DNA of 64,000 bases from Lentisphaeria bacterium (GTDB lineage Bacteria > Verrucomicrobiota > Lentisphaeria > JABSQK01 > JAWLHB01): positions 1 through 64,000 of the forward strand of contig JAWLHB010000003.1 of the NCBI GenBank assembly GCA_041690595.1. The letters run 5' to 3'. The first letter of the stretch is position 1; each line of letters opens with the position of its first letter. This document shows positions 48,545-57,634 of this stretch, one piece after another. A program made the translations under genes and the position numbers. The notes below the pieces were generated by a model that worked only from the letters and a program-made list of their open reading frames with translations, had not been told where the DNA came from and made no database searches.

Positions 48545-49861
48545 CTACACGATATCGGGACGGGGATCGCCAAGGGAGCCGGCGTAATAGAGCGGCAGAA
48601 AGGTCAGCCGCTGTTCGGGGCGGTGCGCATAGGTGCCGGAGTAGAGGACGAGGCCTTCCGGGCAGTTGGGGTAGGTGTCGAGCATCAGGTGCAAGCTACG
48701 CATGCTGCCGCCGGCGCCGGATTTGACCTCAATGGGGAGGATTCTGCCGTCGCGAACGGCAAGATAGTCCACCTCGGCGCTACTGCTGCGCGCTTCCCGC
48801 GCCCAGTAGAAAAGCTCGGATGTGTGATTGGCGATCAACTCCTGAGCGACGAACTGCTCGGCCAGCTTGCCCCGGTACATGGCCAGAAGATCGTCTTCCC
48901 GCAACTCCCGATCGACCGGGACCTGGCAGAGATTCTGCAAGAGGCCGATGTCGAGTAGCGCTGCCTTGAAGCGCTTGCCGTTGGCACTGGCCCCGAGGGG
49001 CAGGCCAGATGGGTTGCAGGAGGCAACCTTGTGGATTACCCTCGCTTTGCGGAGCAGGTCGAAGGCGCGGCGATTGGTGGCCCCGGCATGGCTGTCGTCG
49101 AGTCGGGTGTATTTGATTTGTTCGCCGACCTGACGGGCCACACTCAGCAGGACATTGTCAAGACAGGCAAGGTCGACGTGAGGCGTGTACTTGGCGAAGT
49201 CTTCGCGGTAGGAGGCAACGATCTCCGTCTGAGCCTTGAACGACTCGACCAGCGACTGCGTGTCGCGAAAGAGTTGGACGCACTCTGGCATGCCGCCGAC
49301 GAAGAAGTAGGTCTTAAGTTCGTTCAACAGCTGTCGCTGGATGCCGTCGTCGACTTCGGACGGATGCCTGGCGACCATTTCGGCTGCCACCTCGTTGCCG
49401 ATCCCGCGCAGGTATTCGCGAAAGGTCATCGGGTAGAGGTGCAGGTACTGGACGCGGCCGACCGGAACGGAGATCTCCCCCAACGCGAACTCCAGGAGAG
49501 ACCCGGCCGCGATCACGTGCAGGTCAGACATCTGCTCGTAGAAGTAGCGCAGCGCCATGATGGCGCGCGGGCAGGCTTGAATCTCGTCGAGGAAGAGCAG
49601 CGTCTTGCCAGGCTGGATGCGTTTGCCGCAGTCCACCTCGAGGTTGCGGACGATGACACTGGGGTCGAGGTTATCGCCAAAGTGGAGGTGCAGGTCGCGG
49701 CGCTTCTCCAGGTCGAACTTGACGATGGTCTCAAAGCTGGCGGCGGCCACGTGCTCGACCAGCCAGGTCTTGCCGACCTGCCGGGCACCGCGCACGATCA
49801 ACGGTTTTCGCCGCCGCGCCGTCGTCCATTTCAGCAGTTGATCCTGAGCAAAGCGATACAT
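48545..49861 (-). CDS. AAA_14 ATPase with DUF4143 / PD-(D/E)XK-like C-terminus
   Basis: GARQVGKT, LFLDEIQ, AAGSLL, VGGMPE, EVDYL, PIEVKS. Start MYRF at 49861. Confidence 0.92.
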   Translation of the reverse strand: MYRFAQDQLLKWTTARRRKPLIVRGARQVGKTWLVEHVAAASFETIVKFDLEKRRDLHLHFGDNLDPSVIVRNLEVDCGKRIQPGKTLLFLDEIQACPRAIMALRYFYEQMSDLHVIAAGSLLEFALGEISVPVGRVQYLHLYPMTFREYLRGIGNEVAAEMVARHPSEVDDGIQRQLLNELKTYFFVGGMPECVQLFRDTQSLVESFKAQTEIVASYREDFAKYTPHVDLACLDNVLLSVARQVGEQIKYTRLDDSHAGATNRRAFDLLRKARVIHKVASCNPSGLPLGASANGKRFKAALLDIGLLQNLCQVPVDRELREDDLLAMYRGKLAEQFVAQELIANHTSELFYWAREARSSSAEVDYLAVRDGRILPIEVKSGAGGSMRSLHLMLDTYPNCPEGLVLYSGTYAHRPEQRLTFLPLYYAGSLGDPRPDIV

Positions 49862-50032
49862 TTTTGGCCTTCTTCTGTCGCCGCATTTCAGAAACTCAAG
49901 GCACAATCTAACAAGCCATTTCAGAAATACAAGGTTGTTTGGCAATGTGGGCAAAGGGGATGCTCATGGTCCGCCATGGAGCAGGCTGGGGATAGGGACT
50001 TGGAATGGCAGAGTAGACGATACTAACCGCAG

Positions 50033-50106
50033 GTCGGACGTGGTCGGACAAGTCGGACGGGTCGGACAAAGTCGGACGGGTCGGACAAGGTCAGACGTGG
50101 TCGGAC
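50033..50106 (+). repeat. eight GTCGGAC heptamers at 9-10 bp period
   Basis: Copies start at 50033, 50043, 50052, 50061, 50071, 50080, 50090 (GTCAGAC) and 50100. Confidence 0.9.
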
Positions 50107-50300
50107 GGTGCCACTCAGGCGAGTGGCGTGCCCATGGTAGCGAGCAAGCGGGCGATGCGTGGGGTGGGAGGCGACGTGTAATCCGGAGGCGCGTTCGGAC
50201 GGTTGCGGAACATTTCCCCACTGGGGATGAGGCAACGCAAAACCCGGTGCCACTCAGGCGAGTGGCGTGCCCAGGATGGCGAGCAAGCGGGCGATGCGTG
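50107..50300 (+). repeat. two further copies of the REP-like unit from 1-830
   Basis: GGTGCCACTCAGGCGAGTGGCGTGCCCA at 50107 and 50246, with the same linker sequences. Confidence 0.9.
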
Positions 50301-50420
50301 GGGATGGGAGTGGAGTTTCCAGGGTAGCCGTGGGATTATTTTTGGGGTTGGTTCTAAGAAAAGCGGAGTACGTGCATATATTGGATAGAGAGATGACTAA
50401 CAGACGACCGGAGGTTAAGT

Positions 50421-53400
50421 ATGAAGACTTGCTGGCTTATTGTTGTGATGGCGTTGCTGGGGAGCGTGCTGCATGGAGCCGAGGAGGAGATGGCGAAGGC
50501 GGAGCGGCTCTTTAACGAAGGCAATTCCAAGGAGGCGTACGCACTGTACGAGCAGGTGCTGACGGGAGAGGGGGAGATGAAAACGGACTCGCTGGTGCAG
50601 GCGTTGGGCCGGGCGATGGAAAGCCTGCAACGAATCAACCAGGTGCAGGACGCGGATGCGCTGCTGGAGCGGGTGGTCGAGCGGCATGCGGGAAACTGGC
50701 AGGTGCTTCAGGCCGTGGCGAATCAGTACATCCACCTGCCGCATTACGGCTTCATGGTGGCGGGAGCATTCGAGCGCGGACAGCATCGGGAAGGAGGCGA
50801 GGCGGCGAATGCCATGGATCGGGACCGGGTGCGGGCTCTGCAGTTGATGATGCAGGCCCTGCCGCTGGCGGAAGAGGCAACGGCGCCGGAACGTTTCAAG
50901 TTTTATCGCGATTTTGCGTCGCACATCGTCTGGTACCGCGGCTACTCGCAGGTATCGTGGCGACTGCAGTATCTGACGGATCTGGATGAGTTGCCGGATT
51001 ACGAGCCGGGTTATGGCTATTACCATAGGGGGCAGACGCAGGGAGCCCCGGTGGATGAGGAGGGCAACCCGGTCTTCTACTCGACACCGCGCGGACTGGA
51101 GCAGGCGCAGAACGACGGGGAACGCTGGCGCTGGATGCAGGCGATGGCGATGGAGGCGCAACCGGCAGAGAGCCACGAGATTCGCTGGGAGTTCGCCAGT
51201 TTTCTCTACCAGCAGTTCGGGGTTCACACCTTGGCGCAGTATGGCTTCTATCACCATGACGCCGGCGCTGAGAACAAGACATCGCTGACGGCGCTCCACA
51301 CGCTCTCCGATGACGAGACAATGGCGCGGCTGGCGACCGGGATCAAGCGCTTCGAGCTGCCGGCCGAGTTCAACTACATCCGCATCTTCAGGGAGCTGCA
51401 GGAGAGCGCCCTGAAGCAAGGGGCGACGAATCAACTGGGCCAGGTGTACCTGAATCGTCGGCAGTATCCGGAAGCGGCCAGGATGTACAGGCTGATTGGC
51501 AACAAGGATATGGTCGCCCAGATCGTGAATGCATGGGGTCAGTTCGAGCCGGTGCAGAGTCAGGCGGCCGGCAGCAAGGGGAGCCTGCACTACCGCTTTC
51601 GCAATGGCCGGCAGGTGCACCTTCAGGCCCATGCGATCGACATCGAGAAGCTGTTGACGGATGTCAAGCAGTATCTGAAGGACAACCCGGGGCAACTGGA
51701 TCATGAGCGACTGCAGATCGACAACATCGGACATTACATTGTCACCCGCGATCAGGACAAGTACCTGACGGGCAAGGTTGCCGACTGGAAGGTGAAGCTG
51801 GAGCCGCGGGAGCATCATTTCGACAAGCGGATCGAGATCGAGACGCCCCTGACCAAGGCGGGCGCGTACCTGGTGACGGCGGAGATGGCGGACGGGAATA
51901 CCAGCCGCATCGTGCTATGGCTGGCGGATACGGTGATCGTCAATAAGCCGCTGGACAAGCAGACGTTCTACTACGTGGCGGATGCGGTGACCAGTCAGCC
52001 GGTAGCCGGGGCGAACATGGAGTTCTTCGGCTTCAAGACGGAGTATGTGGACAACAAGCTGTGGAAGGCGCTCGGGCGGCGCCACAATGTGTTGACGCGC
52101 AACTTTGCGGAGCACAGCGACGCGAATGGGCAGGTGATCCTGGGGCCGGAGCGATTGTCGCGGGAGTATCAGTGGCTGGTGATCGCCCGCACGAAGGAAG
52201 GGCGGCTGGCACACCTTGGCTTCAATGGGATCTGGTATGCAAAGCGGTACGATCAGGAGTACCGGGATCGCAAGATATTGGTGATCACGGATCGGCCGGT
52301 CTATCGGCCGAACCAGCCGGTGAAGTTCAAGGCCTGGATCCGGAATGTCAGGTATGACCTGGAGGATATCAGCGACCTTGCCAACCAAAGGGTGGAGGTG
52401 GTGATCCGCAATCCGAAGGGTGATGAGGTCGTGAGGGAGAGCTATACGTTGGATGCCTTCGGGGGAATCAACGGGGAGTTCGTGCTGCCGGGCGATGCAT
52501 CGCTGGGGCAGTGGTACATCGAAGTCGACAGGCATGGCAGGGGCAACCATTTCCGGGTGGAAGAGTACAAGAAGCCGGAGTTCGAGGTCTCGGTACAGGC
52601 GCCGACGGAGCCGATTGCACTGGGTGAGGCATTTACGGCGACGATCAAGGCCAGCTATTACTTTGGCGCTCCGGTGGTCAATGCGAAGGTGCGCTACAAG
52701 GTGCTGCGGGAGAGCACCGAAACGCGCTGGTATCCATCGGCCCCCTGGGACTGGTTCTATGGTCCTGGCTACTGGTGGTTCGGCTACGACTATGACTGGT
52801 ATCCAGGCTGGCGGGTGTGGGGCTGCGTTCGTCCGTCGCCGTGGTGGTGGCACCGGCAGTCGCCGCCGCCGGAGCTGGTGGCGGAGCAGGAGGTGGCGAT
52901 CGGGCCCGGGGGGATCGTCAACGTGCCGATCGATACGGCGATCGCCAAGGCGCTGCATGGGGATAAGGACCATCGCTACACGATCACCGCGGAGGTGACG
53001 GATCAGTCTCGCCGCACCATCGTCGGCAGCGGGCTGGTGCTGGCGGCCCGTCGTCCCTACAACGTGACGGTCTGGGTGGATCGGGGCTATTACCATGAGG
53101 GCGACACGATCGAGGCAGGGGTGGCGGCGCGCACGGCGGATCACAAGCCGGTGGCGGGAAAAGCGGAGCTGGTCCTCTATCACATCACCTATGACGAGCA
53201 GATGCAGCCGCGGGAAGAGGCGGTGGAGGAGTGGTCGCTGACCATGGGAGCCGAGGGGAGCCTGAAGCAGAAGATGCGCGCAGGCCAGGCAGGACAATAT
53301 CGCCTGAGCTGCAAGGTGACGGATGCCGGCGGGCATGTGGAGGAAGGTGGCTACATCTTCACCATTCGTGGTAAGGCGACCGATTCCGACGACTTCCGGT

Positions 53401-56400
53401 ACAACGCCATCGAGTTGATCCCGGACAAGGGGGATTACGAGCCGGGCGAGACGGTGAAGCTCCTGGTGAACGCGGATTTGGCGGGCTCTACGGTGCTGCT
53501 CTTTGTACGGCCAACCAACAGCATCTATCTGCCGCCGCGAGTGCTGAAGCTGGAGGGGAAGAGCACGCAGGTGGAGCTCGAGGTGAGCAAGAAGGATATG
53601 CCCAACTTTTTTGTCGAGGCGTTGACAGTCAGTGGCGGCAAGGTGCATACGATCGCTCGCGAGATCGTGGTGCCACCCGAGAAGCGGATGCTGAACATGG
53701 AGGTGCTGCCGTCGCGGAAGGAGTACAAGCCAGGGGAGGCAGCGACGGTGCGGCTGCGCCTCACCGATTTTTTTGGAGAGCCATTCAGCGGCTCGACGGT
53801 GGTGAGCATCTATGACAAGGCGGTCGAGTACATCTCCGGCGGGAGCAACGTGCCGGAGATCCGAGCCTTCTTCTGGAAGTGGCGGCGAGAGCACCAGCCG
53901 CGGACGATCTCGAGTCTCGATCGCTGGTTCCATAACACGGTGAAGTCAGAGGAGAAGTCGATGCAGAGTCTCGGCGCCTTTGGGCGTCAGGTGGCCGACG
54001 AACTTACGATCACAATGCCCTTTCCAGGCGAGATGAAGGGTTCGCGCCAGAAAGTCATGGCTTCCCGCGCCGCTTCAGCCGCACCGATGATGGCAATGGA
54101 GGCGGAGTCGAGCATGGTCATGGCCGATGGTGCCGCGGACTTCGGCTTTGCCGCCGGCGCAGGCGGGACGGGCGGTGAGGAGATGGTCGAGCCGACGGTG
54201 CGCACGGAGTTTGCCGATACCGCCTTCTGGGCGGCGGCGTTGACCACCGATGCCAGGGGCGAGGTCTCCTTCGAGCTGACGATGCCGGAGAATCTGACCA
54301 CTTGGAAGATTGCGACATGGGCGATGGGACATGGGACCAAGGTGGGCGAAGCGAGTGCCGAGGTCGTGACGACGAAGAATGTCCTTGTTCGTCTGCAGGC
54401 TCCGCGCTTCTTTGTGGAGAAGGACGAAGTGGTTCTGTCGGCCAACGTGCACAATTACCTGACGACGGCGAAGCAGGCCCGCGTGGTGCTGGAGCTTGAT
54501 GGGGGGACGCTGGAGCTGATGGAAGGTGTGGCGGCGGAGCAGACGGTGACGGTCGAGGCAGAAGGTGAGCAGCGGGTCGACTGGCGGGTGAAGGTGGTAC
54601 GGGAAGGTGAAGCGATCGTGCGCATGAAGGCGTTGACGGATGAAGAATCCGATGCGATGCAGATGAGTTTCCCGGTGAAGGTGCATGGGCTGATGAAGAC
54701 CGTCTCCTTCAGTGGGCATATCGCGCAGGGTTCGTCGTCGCAGACCTTCGAGTTCGAGGTGCCGGCGGAGCGTCGGGTGGATGAGACGCGGCTGGAGATC
54801 CGGTACTCCCCCACCCTGGCGGGGGCGATGGTGGATGCCCTGCCCTACCTGGTCGACTATCCCTATGGCTGTACAGAGCAGACGCTCAATCGCTTCCTGC
54901 CGACGGTGATCGTGCAGAAGGTGTTGCTCGGCATGGAGCTGGACCTGGCCGCCGTCCGGGAGAAGCAGACTAACTTGAACGCACAGGAGATCGGCGATGA
55001 CAGGGAGCGCGCCAAGCAGTGGCAGCGCTGGAAGCAGAACCCGGTCTTTGACGAGGCCGAGGTGCAGCGCATGGTGAAGGTGGGAGTGGAACGGCTTACC
55101 GCCATGCAGTTGCGCGACGGTGGCTGGGGCTGGTTCTCCGGCTGGGGCGAGCAGTCGTACGCACATACGACGGCGGTGGTGGTGCACGGGCTGCAGATTG
55201 CGCGGGAGAATGATGTCGCCATCGTTCCGGGAGTCGTGGAGCGGGGCATCGAATGGTTGTGGCAGCATCAGCTCAAGGAGTTCGAGAAGCTGGAGCGGGG
55301 CGAGGAAAAGAAGCCGAAGCGTCCCTACAAGATGCAGGCGGATGCGCTGGATGCCTTTGTGTATATGGTGCTTACGGATGCCGAGCGGGATCACGAGGGT
55401 ATGCGCGGTCATCTGTACAAGGATCGGATCGACCTGCCGGTCTACGCGCAGGCGATGTTCGGCATCGGGCTGGACAACGTCAAGGATCTGGAGAAGCGGG
55501 ACATGATCATCCGCAACATCGAGCAGTTGCTGGTGCGGGACGAGGAGAACCAGACGGCGTATCTGAACCTGAATAACGGTGGTTACTGGTACTACTGGTA
55601 TGGCAGCGAATACGAGGCACAGGCCTACTACCTGAAACTGCTGGCCAGGACGGATCCCAAGGGGAAGACGGCCCCATGGCTGGTGAAGTACCTGCTCAAC
55701 AACCGCAAGCATGCCACCTATTGGAACTCGACGCGGGATACGGCTATCTGCATCGAAGCCTTTGCCGAGTATCTGCGCGCCAGCGGCGAAGATAAGCCCG
55801 ACCTGACGGTCGAGGTCCTCATCGACGGTCAGCGCCATCAGCAGGTGCACATCACGCCGGACAAGCTCTTTACCTTCGACAACAAGGTGGTGCTGGCGGG
55901 CGACGCCATCGGCAGTGGCAAGCATACGGTGGAGTTGCGCAAGACGGGCACGGGTCCGCTCTACTTCAACGCGTATCTGGGCTACTTCAGCCTGGAGGAT
56001 TACATCACGGCAGCGGGACTGGAGATCAAGGTGTCGCGCACCTATTACAAGCTGACGCCGGTGGAGAAGAGCGTCAAGGCGGCAGGTTCGCGCGGTCAGG
56101 CGGTGGACCAGCGGGTGGAGAAGTATGCCCGGGAAGAGCTGCGTGACCTGGCGACGCTGACCAGCGGGGATCTGGTGGAGATCGAACTGGTCGTGGAGAG
56201 CAAGAACGACTACGAGTACATTGTCTTCGAAGACTACAAGGCAGCCGGCTTCGAGCCGGTCGAGGTGCGCAGCGGCTATGGAGGGAATGCCATGGGTGCG
56301 TACATGGAGCTACGCGACGATCGCGTCTCCTTCTTCGTGCAGCGGCTGGCGCGAGGACGTCACAGTCTGTCGTATCGCGTCCGCGCCGAGATACCGGGCA

Positions 56401-56492
56401 AGTTCAGCGCGCTGCCGACTCAGGCCCATGCCATGTATGCCCCGGAGCTGAAGGGCAATGCCGATGAGATCAAGCTGAAGATCGTCGATTGA
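50421..56492 (+). CDS. bacterial alpha-2-macroglobulin family protein
   Basis: Signal peptide, TDRPVYRP, FRVEEYKKPEF, VRTEFADTAFW, MPENLTTW, thioester YPYGCTEQ, AHAMYAPE. Confidence 0.95.
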   Translation: MKTCWLIVVMALLGSVLHGAEEEMAKAERLFNEGNSKEAYALYEQVLTGEGEMKTDSLVQALGRAMESLQRINQVQDADALLERVVERHAGNWQVLQAVANQYIHLPHYGFMVAGAFERGQHREGGEAANAMDRDRVRALQLMMQALPLAEEATAPERFKFYRDFASHIVWYRGYSQVSWRLQYLTDLDELPDYEPGYGYYHRGQTQGAPVDEEGNPVFYSTPRGLEQAQNDGERWRWMQAMAMEAQPAESHEIRWEFASFLYQQFGVHTLAQYGFYHHDAGAENKTSLTALHTLSDDETMARLATGIKRFELPAEFNYIRIFRELQESALKQGATNQLGQVYLNRRQYPEAARMYRLIGNKDMVAQIVNAWGQFEPVQSQAAGSKGSLHYRFRNGRQVHLQAHAIDIEKLLTDVKQYLKDNPGQLDHERLQIDNIGHYIVTRDQDKYLTGKVADWKVKLEPREHHFDKRIEIETPLTKAGAYLVTAEMADGNTSRIVLWLADTVIVNKPLDKQTFYYVADAVTSQPVAGANMEFFGFKTEYVDNKLWKALGRRHNVLTRNFAEHSDANGQVILGPERLSREYQWLVIARTKEGRLAHLGFNGIWYAKRYDQEYRDRKILVITDRPVYRPNQPVKFKAWIRNVRYDLEDISDLANQRVEVVIRNPKGDEVVRESYTLDAFGGINGEFVLPGDASLGQWYIEVDRHGRGNHFRVEEYKKPEFEVSVQAPTEPIALGEAFTATIKASYYFGAPVVNAKVRYKVLRESTETRWYPSAPWDWFYGPGYWWFGYDYDWYPGWRVWGCVRPSPWWWHRQSPPPELVAEQEVAIGPGGIVNVPIDTAIAKALHGDKDHRYTITAEVTDQSRRTIVGSGLVLAARRPYNVTVWVDRGYYHEGDTIEAGVAARTADHKPVAGKAELVLYHITYDEQMQPREEAVEEWSLTMGAEGSLKQKMRAGQAGQYRLSCKVTDAGGHVEEGGYIFTIRGKATDSDDFRYNAIELIPDKGDYEPGETVKLLVNADLAGSTVLLFVRPTNSIYLPPRVLKLEGKSTQVELEVSKKDMPNFFVEALTVSGGKVHTIAREIVVPPEKRMLNMEVLPSRKEYKPGEAATVRLRLTDFFGEPFSGSTVVSIYDKAVEYISGGSNVPEIRAFFWKWRREHQPRTISSLDRWFHNTVKSEEKSMQSLGAFGRQVADELTITMPFPGEMKGSRQKVMASRAASAAPMMAMEAESSMVMADGAADFGFAAGAGGTGGEEMVEPTVRTEFADTAFWAAALTTDARGEVSFELTMPENLTTWKIATWAMGHGTKVGEASAEVVTTKNVLVRLQAPRFFVEKDEVVLSANVHNYLTTAKQARVVLELDGGTLELMEGVAAEQTVTVEAEGEQRVDWRVKVVREGEAIVRMKALTDEESDAMQMSFPVKVHGLMKTVSFSGHIAQGSSSQTFEFEVPAERRVDETRLEIRYSPTLAGAMVDALPYLVDYPYGCTEQTLNRFLPTVIVQKVLLGMELDLAAVREKQTNLNAQEIGDDRERAKQWQRWKQNPVFDEAEVQRMVKVGVERLTAMQLRDGGWGWFSGWGEQSYAHTTAVVVHGLQIARENDVAIVPGVVERGIEWLWQHQLKEFEKLERGEEKKPKRPYKMQADALDAFVYMVLTDAERDHEGMRGHLYKDRIDLPVYAQAMFGIGLDNVKDLEKRDMIIRNIEQLLVRDEENQTAYLNLNNGGYWYYWYGSEYEAQAYYLKLLARTDPKGKTAPWLVKYLLNNRKHATYWNSTRDTAICIEAFAEYLRASGEDKPDLTVEVLIDGQRHQQVHITPDKLFTFDNKVVLAGDAIGSGKHTVELRKTGTGPLYFNAYLGYFSLEDYITAAGLEIKVSRTYYKLTPVEKSVKAAGSRGQAVDQRVEKYAREELRDLATLTSGDLVEIELVVESKNDYEYIVFEDYKAAGFEPVEVRSGYGGNAMGAYMELRDDRVSFFVQRLARGRHSLSYRVRAEIPGKFSALPTQAHAMYAPELKGNADEIKLKIVD

Positions 56493-56556
56493 AAATGCGG
56501 GCTGCACGCGTACCTTCTGAACTGCTATGAGGCCTTAACAGTAGAAGGGGGACAAG

Positions 56557-57540
56557 ATGGCAGTTCTGGTAACGGGCGGTGCGGGATACATCGGCAGTGT
56601 GACGGTCAAGCTGCTGATCGAGTCCGGTGAAGAGGTCGTGGTTCTGGACAATCTCAGCCATGGTCATATCGAAGCCATCGATCCAGCGGCGCGCTTCTAT
56701 GAAGGCGACATGGGCGATGAGCAGACCGTGGCGCACATTCTGCGCGAGCATGACATCGACAGCTGCATTCATTTCGCGGCCTTCATCGCGGTCGGCGAAT
56801 CGGTCGAGCATCCCGCCAAGTACTACGACAACAATGTACGCCGGGCGCTGGCACTTCTGACAACTCTGAACGAAGGTGGGGTAAAGCATCTGGTCTTCTC
56901 GTCCACCGCGGCGACGTATGGGGAACCCCAGCGCATGCCGATCGACGAGGATCACCCCCAGCATCCAGAGAATCCTTACGGCTGGTCGAAGTACATGATC
57001 GAGCGGGTGCTCGAGGATTTCGATGCAGCCTACGGCTTCCGGTCGGTAGCGCTGCGCTACTTCAATGCCTGCGGCGCGTTGCCCGGTTGCGGCGAGGATC
57101 ATCATCCCGAAACGCACCTGATTCCCCTCATCCTGCAGACGGCACTCGGCCAGCGTGACGCCATCAAGATTTTTGGCACGGATTATCCGACGCCCGACGG
57201 CACCTGCGTACGCGACTACGTGCATGTGGCGGACCTTGGTCTTGCCCATCTGCTATCGCTGGCGTACCTGCGACATGGGGGCGGCAGCGCCAGGATCAAC
57301 CTCGGCAATGGCAACGGGTATACGGTGAAGCAGGTCATCGAGACCGCGCGAGAAGTTACCGGCGCAACAATCGCCGCCGTCGAGGTGGAGCGGCGGGCGG
57401 GAGATACGTCGCATCTGGTGGCGGATTCCAGCCGCGCGCGGGAGCTTCTCAACTGGCAGCCACGTTTTCCGGAGCTGCGGGAGATCGTGGCGACTGCGTG
57501 GGAATGGCACAGTCACCATCCAAACGGCTACAAGTCTTGA
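56557..57540 (+). CDS. galE: UDP-glucose 4-epimerase
   Basis: GGAGYIGS, FSSTAATYG, YGWSK, LRYFN, DGTCVRDYVHV. Confidence 0.97.
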   Translation: MAVLVTGGAGYIGSVTVKLLIESGEEVVVLDNLSHGHIEAIDPAARFYEGDMGDEQTVAHILREHDIDSCIHFAAFIAVGESVEHPAKYYDNNVRRALALLTTLNEGGVKHLVFSSTAATYGEPQRMPIDEDHPQHPENPYGWSKYMIERVLEDFDAAYGFRSVALRYFNACGALPGCGEDHHPETHLIPLILQTALGQRDAIKIFGTDYPTPDGTCVRDYVHVADLGLAHLLSLAYLRHGGGSARINLGNGNGYTVKQVIETAREVTGATIAAVEVERRAGDTSHLVADSSRARELLNWQPRFPELREIVATAWEWHSHHPNGYKS

Positions 57541-57547
57541 TTCTGGA

Positions 57548-57576
57548 TTGACATTACCGATATGATCTGGTAGACT
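57548..57576 (+). promoter_or_regulatory. sigma70-type promoter for the PAS kinase
   Basis: TTGACA-17 bp-TAGACT. Confidence 0.7.
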
Positions 57577-57634
57577 ATGGTTTGCAAACATCGCCCATGT
57601 ATCTGCCATATCCGTACCTGTAGTTGCTCGTCTG

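Noticed and set aside
45477..50300. Classical integron cassette array
   Set aside because: No intI, and the repeats lack recognisable attC RYYYAAC/GTTRRRY ends and palindromic structure.
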